A DNA stretch of 64,000 nucleotides from contig OX597835.1 of the NCBI GenBank assembly GCA_951406725.2, forward strand, positions 42,532,001 through 42,596,000, written 5' to 3'. This DNA is from Octopus vulgaris (lineage: Eukaryota). Both the position numbers and the translations under genes were made by a program. A model generated the notes under the pieces. That model was not told the origin of the DNA. It searched no databases and was given only the letters and a program-made list of their open reading frames with translations. Of this stretch, positions 1 through 12,469 are shown one piece after another (position 1 is the stretch's first letter; the number at the start of each line of letters is the position of its first letter).

Positions 1-656
1 ATACCATAAAAAGAAAAGAAAAAAAAAAAGTAAAGGAAAAAAAAAACAGGTATGTTATAAAAACAAACAACACAAAAAAATTACTGCTAACAACTAAAAA
101 AAAAGCAAACAGACAAAAACATGAATAAAATATGTCAGCAATTGATTCCAAAATCTTCTTTGAAGACATTTCGTCCTTTCAAAGTGTTTCATGTTTGGTC
201 CAATAATTTTCCATAAATGCTATCAGAGATAAATGTCTCTGCAGTGGACTCATTTGGGTATGGCTACATGCAGTTGTAGGTGGTGGTGGTAGTGGTGGTG
301 ATTGTGGCAGTAGTGGTGGTAGTCATGGTGATAGTGGTGGTTGTGGTGGTGGTGATGGTAGTCATGGTGATAGTGGTGGTCGAAATAGTGGTGGTTGTGG
401 TGGTAGTAGTTTTAAAGGTTTGGATCAGATTTCCAATTTGAAGAAAACCTCCTCTTTTCTTCCAATCAGTCAAACAGTTCCTGATAACCTCATAATGGTC
501 ATCCTTGACATGCCATTCTTCAGGTCATCTTTGAGAGCCATTACAGCATTGGCTAGAATGCTTCATGGTCATTTGTTTCAATGCTTTGTGTTCTGAGTTC
601 AAATCCAGCTGAGATCATCTCGACCTTTTTCCCTTCATGATCCAAGGTGGAGGTTC

Positions 657-1067
657 TCTTTACTCTTTTACTTGTTTCAGTCACTTGACTGTGGCCATGC
701 TGGAGCACCGCCTTTAGTCGAGCAACTCGACCCCAGGACTTATTCTTTTGTAAGCCCAGTACTTATTCTATCGGTCACTTTTGCCGAACCGCTAAGTAAC
801 GGGGACGTAAACACACCAGCATCGGTTGTCAAGCAATGCTAGGGGGACAAACACAGACACACAAACATACACGCACACACACATATATATATATACATTT
901 ATACGACGGGCTTCTTTCAGTTTCCGTCTACCAAATCCACTCACAAGGCTTTAGTCGGCCCGGGGCTATAGTAAAAGACACTTGCTCAAGGTGCCACGCA
1001 GTGGGACTGAACCCGGAACCATGTGGTTGGTTAGCAAGCTACTTACCACACAGCCACTCCTGCGCCT
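657..1067 (-). mobile_element. tRNA-derived SINE family A (full length, internal TA/GT microsatellite)
   Basis: Reverse complement of the ggcgcaggagtggctgtgtggtaag...ggttcagtccc head (A/B boxes), CORE-like ccttgggcaagt segment and (GTAAAAGA)n tail. More than 10 copies in the window. Confidence 0.9.
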
Positions 1068-1731
1068 GGTGCGATGTCTTGCAGAAGCTGCTCTGATTCT
1101 TTGCACTCTGAGAGCAATGTCTGCAACAACACTAGTGCCAACCAGTATCGTTCCAAGTTGGTGGTTTTCCTTTGGTCAAACAGCAATGGAGTTGAGGGAG
1201 AAGATTTGTATGTCTGGGCAACAACAAATCCTTCTTAAAAAAACACAATTTTGCCCAATCCTGTAAATATACTAACAGACAGATGGTCAATCAACATTGA
1301 CTGAAGGAGGACCTGTCAATCTTGAACCATGTTTTATGCACAATCTCGTAAGTCATTGGCAGTATACACTGGTGTAGCAGTTGTAGTTGTGATGGTGCAA
1401 TGCAAGGCTTGCCTGGATCTGACAAACCTATAATCACTAAGTCCATCCTGTCTTTTGCAGATCAGTTTTAAAATCATGTGTTGTATACATTCATGTATGT
1501 GTGTGGGAATGTATATATATATATATATAATACTACAAAATTAGAAAATGGAGAAACATACTTAAATCAATCAAACATCAACCAACAGATGATACCCAAT
1601 CAATACTTTATTACACCATTACATAACAGCAAAGACATTATACAAAATATATTGTAAATATAATTAGACAAGGAAATAGAAATATAAAATAGATTATGTA
1701 ATTAAATTTAATTATTCCCTAATTATTTATA

Positions 1732-1777
<46 letters not shown>

Positions 1778-1779
1778 AA

Positions 1780-3630
1780 GATGGGTGTGACAAAACTTAT
1801 GTTGATTCCTCACATTTCAGTGAGAGGAAACACTGATGACAGGAAAGCCAATGTTTTTTATTTATGGAGTGGCCAGTCAGTTTGCTAAAGTATATCTGTG
1901 CTCATGAGGGCATTGGCAAAAAACCTCACTTTTAAAGTTTAGTTCTTTAATGTGATTCTTCTTCTCAGCAAAGCAGTGTCTGCATGTTCTCCAGCTGTTA
2001 AAGTAAGGTTTGCACTTTTCTGTTACCCCTCCCTTGATGCCATAATGTGCAATATTTCCTTTATCTTCTATACATATCTTGTTAGTATTGTGGCGTTTCA
2101 CCTCTCATGGATACTAAATGAGAATTTGTGGTTGTTAAATAAGGTCCTGAATGACCTTCTGTTGCACCCATATATGGATGCAATAGAATGCCTGTACATT
2201 TATTGCTCCAATGAAATTCTTTCACACCACTTCCTCTTCCTCATACAAAATGCTTTCTGTATTGGCTGTTTAGTGGGCATGTAGCATCATCTTTGAATGA
2301 GCAGCATGCCTCTATTTACTAATATTTTCTTTATGAGGGTGTGCATTTAAAAAGGAGTCTCAAAGTATGTCTATCAAAGATTTTCTTGTATTTATGTGTT
2401 TGGGGGGAATGCTTGTTGACTGAACTAAGGAAGATCCTACCTACTCAAGTTTTTACATTAAGGTAAAATGGGGGTCTGAATCATATAATCTTATAGTAGT
2501 ATTTTCTCTTGGTGGTGTTAGGGTTGGGCATATAACTAATCCTATCCTTGATGCATTAGGTGACCAAGGCCTTGTAGCATCAAAGATCCACTTGACCAAA
2601 GATAGGTTGGAGATTCTTTTGCTAATCCCCTTAACCAGGTTCCTAAAAACAATGGCTGGATGACACGAAGTTGTACTGATATATTTCAGCCTCTTATTTG
2701 GATTTTGAAAAGGTTTATAGGTACCAGAGTCTCTATTTTATATCACATCTAGGAAATCAACCCTTTTCAAGTTGATCTCTATTGTGACTTTGAGCCCAAG
2801 AAAATTAAGAGCATGGATTAGGTCCCTCTGGGGCTTATCAAATGTGTGATCATTTGCCCCTCTCAATAGTTGAAGGGATTTTCTTACTAAGCATACCTAG
2901 AATAAAAAGGCCTAAGAGGTCACATACCTCAGCACTATCGAAAGCTCCCTTTACAACATTGAAATAACCTCCCAGGCCAGTCTGCTTTACTCAGATCAAG
3001 CCACTGTCAAAGAGAAGAGTTCTCCTGGCATGAATGATGATGCTTATGCCCTCAATGTTAATTTCAGTGCAGGACCTAGGTGAAGATAAGTACCCAATGT
3101 AACATATAGAGAGTCGCTGGGTAAACATCCACAATAGGCGCAGGAGTGGCTGTGTGGTAAGTAGTTTGTTTACCAACCACATGGTTCCGGGTTCAGTCCC
3201 ACTGCGTGGCACCTTGGGCAAATGTCTTCTACTATAACCTCGGGCCGACCAAAGCCTTGTGAGTGGATTTGGTAGACGGAAACTGAAAGAAGCCCATCGT
3301 ATATATGTATATATATATATATGCGTGTGTGTTTGTGTGTCTGTGTTTGTCCCCCCTAGCATTGCTTGACAACCGATGCTGGTGTGTTTATGTCCCCGTT
3401 ACTTAGCGGTTCGGCAAAAAAGACCGATAGAATAAATACTGGGCTTACAAAGAATAAGTCCCGGGGTCGAGTTGCTCGATTAAAGGCGGTGCTCCAGCAT
3501 GGCCGCAGTCAAATGACTGAAACAAGTTAAAGAGTAAAAGAGTAAAAGAGTAAAGTCAAATTGGGTGAAACTTACACTGACCTGGCCATTGTTGGTTTTA
3601 ATCTATGAACTGACCTCACTGATGTTGCAC
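1780..3630 (-). mobile_element. Decayed Penelope-like retroelement (RT C-half + GIY-YIG endonuclease), interrupted by a SINE
   Basis: Minus-strand translation fragments, with stops and frameshifts: SFTQFD/IVDVYP (RT motif A), IIIHARRTLLF, FNVVKGAFDSAEVCDLLGLFIL (motif B), KVTIEINLKRVDFLDV, YKPFQNPN..YISTTSCHPAIVFRNL..ISKRISNLS, IYGCNRRSFRTLFNNHKFSF (YIG region), KPYFNSWRTCRHCFAEKKNHIKELNFKSEVFCQCPHEHRYTL (typical PLE endonuclease C-terminus). Confidence 0.88.
3137..3555 (+). mobile_element. SINE family A, inserted into the Penelope RT
   Basis: Full-length copy with agtaaaag tail repeats. Confidence 0.9.
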
Positions 3631-4236
3631 CTATATTACACACACACACATATTTATATATAAATACATACATATACATGTGTATATATAAATACACACA
3701 CACACACACATTACATATATATAGCATCACTGCTGTTTTAACCTTCACTTTTCCATGCTTGCATGGGTCAGACTGAATTCATTGAAGTAGACTTTCTATA
3801 TAGCTGGATGCTCTACCTGCCACCAACCCTCACCTGTTTCTAAGCAACATAATATTTCATTATAACCAGACATGATTTACACACAAGAATGGAAACAAAC
3901 GACACCGCTTGTATGAAGGTGACACTCTTTTACAACCATCTCATGATTTCAAGTGAGAAGGACATGCACACGCATACAAACACATGCACATGTGTATACA
4001 CAACAGACTTCTTTTGGTTTCCATCTACCAAAACCACTCACAAGGCTTTGATAAGCCCAGGGCTATAGTTGAAAGCATTTCCTCAGGTGCCATGCAGTGG
4101 GACTAAACATAGAACCACGTAGTGTGGAAGCAAGCTTGTCAACCACATAGCTATATACATATACAAACACATATCAAACCACAGTATATATGCATATATA
4201 CAAACATATACACACACTAGCAAAAATATTTTTACA

Positions 4237-4641
4237 CAGGAGTGGCTGTGTGATAAGTAGCTTGCTAACCAACCACATGGTTCCGGGTTCAGTCCCATTG
4301 CGTGGCACCTTCGGCAAGTGTCTTCTGCTATAGCCTCGGGCCGACCAAAGCCTTGTGAGTGGATTTGGTAGACGGAAACTGAAAGAAGCCCATCGTATAT
4401 ATGTATATGTATATATATGTGTGTGTGTGTTTGTGTCTGTGTTTCTCCCCCTAGCATTGCTTGACAACCGATGCTGGTGTGTTTATGTCCCTGTTACTTA
4501 GCGGTTCGGCAAAAGAGACCGATAGAATAAGTACTGAGCTTACAAAAGAATAAGTCCCGGGGTCGAGTTGCTCGATTAAAAGTGGTGCTCCAGCATGGCC
4601 GCAGTCAAGTGACTGAAACAAGTAAAAGAGAGTAAAAAGAG
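4237..4641 (+). mobile_element. SINE family A
   Basis: Near-identical to the 3137-3555 copy. Confidence 0.9.
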
Positions 4642-5107
4642 ATATACATGCACACATACAAATATTGTGTATTTGTGTGTGTGTGTGTGCATGTTTCCAT
4701 TTGAGTGGGTATGTGCCTGCGTGTATGTGTGTGTGTGTGTATGTGCACACGTGTGTGTGTGCATGTCTGTGTGTTTGTTTCCATCTCACTTATTTTGACA
4801 AAAGTGATGATACGTGGGCAGAGTTGTTGTGGTCAGCAAACAATCTGGCCACTTCACATTTTTAAAGGTGTAACGAATAAGGGATTTCTTACTTCAAGAA
4901 AAAGCAAAAGAGAAAACCGAGGAACAAATAAGGGTTATCGAAAAGAGGGGCTATCTGTAAAACAATTTGCCGAATAACATAATTGTCTAACCCATGCAAG
5001 CCTGGAAAAACAGATGTAAACATGAACGAATGAAAGTATGTGTGTGTGTATAGGATATATGTATGTATATGCATATACACATATATGTATGTATACATAC
5101 ATTCATA

Positions 5108-5432
5108 GTGAAGGCACGTGGCTTAGTGGTTAGGGCATTTGGCTCATGATTGTAAGGTCGTGAGTTCAATTCCTGGTGACGCGTTGTGTCCTTGAGCAAG
5201 ACACTTTATTTCACGTTGCTCCAGTCCACTCAGCTGGCAAAAATGAGTTGTACCTGTATTTCAAAAGGGCCAGCCTTGTCATACTCTGTGTCACGCTGAA
5301 TCTACCTGAGAACTACGTTAAGGGTACACGTGTCTGTGGAGTACTCAGCCACTTGCACGCTAATTTCCCGACCAGGCTGTTCCGTTGATTGTATCAGCTG
5401 GGACCCTCACTGTCATAACCGACAGAGTGCTC
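5108..5432 (+). mobile_element. tRNA-derived SINE family D (CORE-like ttgtgtccttgagcaagacactt)
   Basis: A box tggcttagtgg and B box gagttcaattcc. Related fragments at 17550-17700 (minus), 26530-26615 (minus), 32262-32490, 41735-41950, 42010-42290 and 56320-56505. Confidence 0.8.
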
Positions 5433-5460
5433 ATTATGTATACATATAAGTATATACACA

Positions 5461-5503
<43 letters not shown>

Positions 5504-5714
5504 CATACATACATACATACATATATATATATATAGATAGATTGATAGATAGATACATTGATAGATAGAGATAGATAGATAGATATACACACACGTGTAT
5601 ATATATGTATGTTTATATATGTATATATACACATATATATGAAGATATGTATACATACATACATGCATATATAGTTTTATGTATATATATACACACACAC
5701 ACACACACATACAT

Positions 5715-5751
<37 letters not shown>

Positions 5752-6189
5752 TGTCAGTTAGTTGTTGATAAACTGGAAAAAAACCACACTCAGTATGAGT
5801 GATAAGAGTATGTATACTTTTATATATGACAGAGTGGTATTGGTCAGAATGTTACCATAGGCTTCATGCCATCTACTGCACTTGGTAACATTTCTGACTC
5901 ATCAAGCATGCTGACTGGCAGCACCTCCAGGAACATCCTTGTGTAGAGTTCATTAGAGGTTATAGGCGTGTTCTTGGTATTGATTCCAAGAACTTATAAT
6001 TCCAAATCAGCAAAAAAAAAAAAAATGAAACGGAAGTCTTTCTGTGACTATGTATTGAGTGATCAGAGAGCTAGCATCTCTGATGAGTTGTCAATATTGC
6101 TAAAGTGCTATAACTGGTGTGAAACCAGTCAGTGATAACATTCTGACTAGTTATGTATCATAAACAGTAATACACAGCTCAACAAAATA

Positions 6190-6231
<42 letters not shown>

Positions 6232-6447
6232 GACACACATACATATATCATCATCATCATCATCATCATCACCATTATCAGTTAATGCCCATTTTTCATG
6301 CTGGTATTTGTTGCATAATGTATGTATATATATATATATATATATATTTATGAAAAAACAAGTCAAGATAGAAAATGCTAAAATAATTTTATAAAGAACA
6401 TTTCAGGTATATATATATATATTATTTAAAAGCAGCAGAAATTCAAC

Positions 6448-6494
6448 AAAACTGTCCGACGAACGGGAACGTGAAACTCAGAGTAACAGCTTTT
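6448..6494 (+). ncRNA. Minimal type I hammerhead motif (same family as 58388; core variant CCGACGA)
   Basis: aaaactgt-CCGACGA-acg ggaa cgt-GAAA-ctc a gag-TA-acag. Confidence 0.65.
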
Positions 6495-6652
6495 GTTGAA
6501 TTTCTGCTGCTTTTAAATAAAGCATATTACTCTACCTCTGGTATTTGAGTACTCTTTTTTCAACCTTGTTTCACATTTATGTGTTTACTCCGGGATATAT
6601 ATATATATATACATGCATGTTTATTTGTATGTGCATTTTATATATATGTATA

Positions 6653-6695
<43 letters not shown>

Positions 6696-7082
6696 GCACT
6701 CAAACACACACGCATACATATATATACATACACACACACATACACACAAACACAAACACACACCCACACTCCTGAATGCCACAGATAAAGGCAAGATCCT
6801 TGCAGTGTGTCACTAGACTAGAAATCTAGAAATCAATAAAATGATTAACAGCCAATGTATTGAACAGACCAATTGGAGTTATTAATAACCCAGGATTAAT
6901 CAATAACAGAGGTTATCCAATACTACGGATGTTGATTTTTGCAGTGGATGTATCGAATGGAATAGCTGAGTGTATGTTAAATATAGATCGACAGCAGGTT
7001 AGTTAAAAGAGTAGAGATAAATAATGGATGGATAGAACAGTTAGGTGTGTGTTAAATATAGATTGGTTAGTGGTTAGTCAAT

Positions 7083-7812
7083 AGAGGGAAATAGAGAGGA
7101 GGCATACAGCAGTTGTATGGAGATAGAGAGGGGGTATACAACAGTTGTATGGAGACAGAGAAGGGGTATACAACAGTTGTATGGAGATAGAGAAGGGGTA
7201 TACAATAGTTGTATGGAGATAGAGAGGGGGTATACAATAGTTGTATGGAGATAGAGAGGAGGTATACAACAGTTGTATGGATAGAGAGAGGGGGCATACA
7301 ACAGTTGTATGGAGATAGAGGGGAAGCATACACAGTTGTATGGAGATAGAGGGGAGGCATACAACAGTTGTATGGAGATAGAGAGGGGGTATACAATAGT
7401 TGTATGGAGATAGAGAGGAGGCATACAACAGTTGTATGGAAATAGAGAGGGGGTATACAACAGTTGTATGGAGATAGAGAGGGGGTATACAACAGTTGTA
7501 TGGAGATAGAGAGGGGGTATACAATAGTTGTATGGAGATAGAGAGGAGGTATACAGCAGTTGTATGGAGATAGAGAGGGGGTATACAACAGTTGTATGGA
7601 GATAGAGAGGGGTTATACAATAGTTGTATGGAGATAGAGAGGGGGTATACAACAGTTGTATGGAAATAGAGAGGGGTTATACAATAGTTGTATGGAGATA
7701 GAGAGGGCGTATACAACAGTTGTATGGAAATAGAGAGGGGGTATACAACAGTTGTATGGAGATAGAGAGGGGTATACAGTGGTTATGGAGATAGAGATGA
7801 GGCATACAACAA
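7083..7812. repeat. 32-bp minisatellite (gagatagagagggggtatacaacagttgtatg), about 22 copies
   Basis: Direct tandem periodicity; explains the three overlapping repetitive ORFs. Confidence 0.95.
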
Positions 7813-8156
7813 TGGATTTCTTTCAGTTTCTATTAATCAAATCCATTCCAAGAAGGAAATAGAGAAGAGCATACAGTGGGTGGATGGGTATGTAGTAAGG
7901 AGTTTGCTTTGGAACCACACGGTTCTCAGTTCAGTCCCACTGCATGGCACCTTTAGCAAGTGTTTTTCTGCTATAACACTGGGGCCGACCCAAAGCCTTG
8001 TGAATGGATTTGGCAGACAAATTTTGAAAATTAATTGAAACACAGGCAGTGTACTTCAACAGAAATTTGTTATCAAAAGGGTTAATAAAGAGGAGATACA
8101 GAGCAGATGTATGAGATATTTGAATGTATGTTAAATATAGATTAACTATTGATTAG

Positions 8157-8385
8157 TTAAACCTTAACGATGCAGATTAATCCGTCAAATGTAATGTTTC
8201 TTTATTCAGATCGTTTTGACTTGATCATGCATAACCTCATAACTTGAGGATTGTGATGATGTTACTGGTTATTTTTAGAATGACATTGTAGGGTATGTGT
8301 GAGAAGTCAGATCAGACTGGTTTGAACATAAATCAGGTAGTATATATTTGGACTGGATATGGCTGATTTAAATGCTAAAGAGTTA
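8157..8385. mobile_element. Second piggyBac-type MITE family (diverged)
   Basis: ttaaaccttaa... start and ...aatgctaaagagttaa end. The 3' part ggatatggctggtttaaa recurs at about 52040-52105. Confidence 0.45.
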
Positions 8386-9304
8386 ATACAAGGAGACAGA
8401 GTGAAAAAATATAAAGTGGATGTATGGAGTGTCTGAATCTATTTTAAATTTAGTCAGATTATTGATGAATTGAAAGAGAAGAAAAGAGAATGGCCCCATA
8501 CTGTGGTTGTATGAAATAGCTGATCCCCCGAGGCTTGAGGGAAAGAGGGTGGAAGGTATCTTCAAACCGGAAAACTGGCCTGAATGCTTGTAAAAGAGTG
8601 GACTCTGCTAAGGCCATTACCTGAGACGTAAAGTGTCAGGTGATGGTGCTAAACTGGACTCTGAGCCACAGTTATTAAAGGTAAAGTTTGATAAACTTAG
8701 GAGAGATGAGTGTACTACCAAATATATTAATTTCAGCTAGTGCATACAGATTTTAGGGTCCAAGGCCTTGTTTGGTTTGGGCATAGCTTTGACCCTGTTA
8801 ATTCCTTTTCAACTCAAAGATAACTTTCACTTTTTAGGTCTTTGATATTTGTTAGAACTAAGCTAATATTTATTAGAGCTGAGGAGATGGTTTATTAGAG
8901 CTAAGCTAATATCAGGCAGAATCATTATCATGTTGGGTGAAATGCTTAGCAGCATTTTGTCTGCCTGGGTCAACTCTGCTTCTCATATTTTCAGGGTCAA
9001 CGAAATAAGAAACCGCTGAGAACAGGGGTCAGTTTAACTGACTCAGCCCCTCTGCCAAGTTAGCCAATATTTATTTGAAACCAATATTTATCAGAGCTGA
9101 AAATCCCTGTTCGCATCTATTCTTTTATTCTTTTATATGTTTCAGCTCTATGGCTGTGGCCATGCTGGAGCACCACCATCTATATAGTTTTAATCTTCTG
9201 GCAACTCTACTCAGAAACTGGAATGCATCTTGTTACTTGTATGATTTGGGGGTTTCAGTTCAGATTTTTTGGTCATACGTATATGTGTGTGTGTGTATGC
9301 GCCA

Positions 9305-9598
9305 AGACCACCACTACCAAGACCACCACCACCACCACCATCATGATCATCACTATCATCATTGTCAACATCACTACCATCACATCACCACTGCCATCAC
9401 AAATACCAACATCATCATCATCACCCTTGTTGTCATCCTCATCATCACCATCACCATCACCCTTGTCATCATCATCATCATCATCACCATCACCATCATC
9501 ATCATCGTCATCACCATCATCACCATCATCACCATCATCACCCTCGTCGTCATCGTCATCCTCATCACCATCGTCATCCTCATCACCATCACCCTCAC

Positions 9599-9633
<35 letters not shown>

Positions 9634-10056
9634 CCATCACCATCACCATCGTCATCATCCAAGAAGATAAAGGCGCCAACTGGTGACTGCAGATCAGACT
9701 CTGATCAAGAACATAGCATAAATCTAAAAAATAAAATTCAAACAAAAAAAAAAAAAAGATAAAAAGGAACCTTAGTTCCACCTGCAACAGCGATCTTAAT
9801 TAATCTAATTAATTACAACCATATTACTAATAACTAACCTCAGGCATTTTGGGAACCATTTAAGTGATTAAACAAAAAAAATCAAACAACAAAACAAACA
9901 AAGAAATGTCTAAGCAGCAACCTGCTCTTGGACTGGTGAGGTACTGCTGTAGTAGTAGTGTTAGTAGTAGTGTTAGTAGTAGAAGCAGTAGCAGTAGTAC
10001 TAGCAGCAGTAACAGTAGTAGTAGTAGTAGTAGTAGTAGTAATAGTAGTAGTAATG

Positions 10057-10097
<41 letters not shown>

Positions 10098-10605
10098 GTA
10101 GTAGTAGTAGCTGTAGTGGTGGTAGTAGTAGTAGTAGTAGTAGCTGTGGTGGTGGTGGTGGTTGTAGTAGTAGTAGTAGAAGCAGGAACTGCAGCAGTAG
10201 TAGTAATAGTAGTAGTTGTAGTAATGGTAGTAGTAGTAGTGGTGGTAGTAGTAGTAGTAGCTGTGGTGATGGTGGTGGTAGTAGTGGTGGTGGTGGTGGT
10301 GGTTGTAGTAGTAGTAGTAGTAGAAGCAGGAACTGCAGCAGTAGTAGTAACAGTAGTAGTTGTAGTAATGGTAGTAGTAGTAGTGGTAGTAGTAGTAGTA
10401 GCTGTGGTGATGGTGGTGGTAGTAGTGGTGGTGGTGGTGGTTGTAGTAGTAGTAGTAGCAGCAGCAGCAGGAACTGCAGTAGTTGTAGTAGCAGTAATAG
10501 TGGTTGTGATCGCGGTAGTAGTAGTAGCTGTGGTGGTGGTGGTGGTAGTAGTGGTGGCGGTGGTATTAGTAGCAGTGGTTGTGGTGGTATTAGTAGTAGT
10601 AGTGA
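9305..10605. repeat. Trinucleotide arrays (CAT/CAC)n 9305-9660 and (GTA/GTG)n 9948-10605
   Basis: Low-complexity triplets open in several frames. Internal higher-order duplication of about 140 bp marked by gcaggaactgcag at about 10181, 10325 and 10466. Confidence 0.95.
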
Positions 10606-11120
10606 ATGAACTATTGTTCCCTCAGCTACTCCTGTCACCATCTTCCTACAACTGCTATGATCCTCTTTCATGTCTCCCACTCTGGGAGCAGAACATGGAT
10701 ACAAATAGAGACGGTAGCGGTACGGTGTGTGCGTATATATATATATATATACATACATATATATATATACAGAGAGAGAGAGAGAGGGGGGAGAGAGATG
10801 ACAGAAGCAGTGTATATAGGCTGTGGTAGTGATGGTGTATAATTGTAGTAGTAAGGTATATTATATAGACTGTGTGTGTGTATAGACAGTATTAGCAAGG
10901 TATATATATAGACTATAGTAGTTGTGTATATTAAGTGTAGCATATTACATACATACACACACACACACACATATGATGGGCTTCTTTCAGTTTCCGTCAG
11001 CTAAATCCACTCACAATGCTTTGGTTGACCTGAGGCTATAGTAGAAGATACTTGCCCAAGGTGCCACACAGTGGGACTGAACCCAGAACCATGAGGTTAG
11101 GAAGCACATACACACACACG

Positions 11121-11163
<43 letters not shown>

Positions 11164-11198
11164 TATATATATATATATACTACACATACAGTCACTGA

Positions 11199-11255
<57 letters not shown>

Positions 11256-11257
11256 GC

Positions 11258-11294
<37 letters not shown>

Positions 11295-12469
11295 GTGTGT
11301 CTATATATATGTGTGTGTGTGTGTGTATATTTCAATCTATTTATACATACATACAAATATATATATATATAGGCTTCAATAGCATGGTATATATATGTCG
11401 ACTGCAGTAGTCGTATGCAGAGACTGTGGCAGCAGAATATATAGGCTACGAAATAGTTGAACAAGCAGAGTATGGAGCGATAGACCGTTTTATTAGTTTA
11501 ATACAGCTAAAACATTAAAAGCACATAATATATATATATATATTGTCTGGGAGTCTCTTCTTAAAGTAGAAGAAATGGCTAAATTCTTTGGCTGCTATTT
11601 CTAAAAGCAATTTTTTTGCTGAACCCTATTATATAAAATAATATATATATCATCATCATATATATATATATATCATATATATATCATCATCATCATCGTA
11701 TATATATACGTTATATGATATATGATGATATATATATATATAAAACTATTTCTACATAACTACAAATAAAATTGTAATAAATTATAATTAATTACAAACC
11801 ATTTCTTTATTGCCATAATTTCATCAAAAATTTCAGCATACAGCGGTGGTGCCCCAGCATGGCCGCGGCCTTCGGGCTGAAACATTTTTAAGGATTTAAG
11901 GATGATTTGTTACATAAAACAGATCTGCGTATATAAAAATTGTTGGTGCCTGTCTACGTGAAATGCGGACCAGTCCATCATCAATTCCGACTACTCCCTA
12001 TCACATGGTTGAAACTCCGACCCCCCACCCCACCCCCGACTGCAATTTACTGGAATTGCAATCTATCGATGTTCCAAAGATATTTCACATTATTATTATT
12101 ATTCTATTATTTATTTTTTTTTGTGTGTGTGTGTTTCTCTTCTGGTTTTTACCTAGATTAGAGCTTGTTCTCCTAGACTCCACTCCTCCTCTTCACCACC
12201 TCCTTCTCCTCCTCCTCCTCTGCCATCTTTCTATCTCTCCACGGTTGCGTTCTTCGGTTCTTCGTTGTACTTTTACAATGCAGCTGTGCACACATGTGCA
12301 TGCGCACGCATGAGCACACGTACACACACACACACACACACACACACATTACACAAACACACACGCAAGCACGTAACACACATTTATTGATTTAAAAAAA
12401 TTTTTTTTTTTGTCGTCATGATTGTTGCTAAATAGCAGCAGGATCTTCCTGCCTGCTCTTCATCATTTA

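Noticed and set aside
836-1096. Recurrent ORF ...[43 protein letters not shown] (also at 4083, 18980, 19488, 30113, 45189)
   Set aside because: Antisense translation of SINE A, not a gene family.
1068-1400. Possible LINE remnant (also 34890-35390 and 26030-26340)
   Set aside because: Could not recover convincing protein motifs by eye; needs a RepeatMasker or tBLASTn search.
7067-7716. Three overlapping 170-210 aa ORFs and a CRISPR-like palindromic repeat
   Set aside because: Translation of a 32-bp minisatellite; no unique spacers, no cas genes, eukaryotic context.
9075-10829. Long ORFs (poly-S/H/I/V/D, up to 321 aa)
   Set aside because: Produced by stop-free trinucleotide arrays that are open in several frames and on both strands; no splice or domain evidence.
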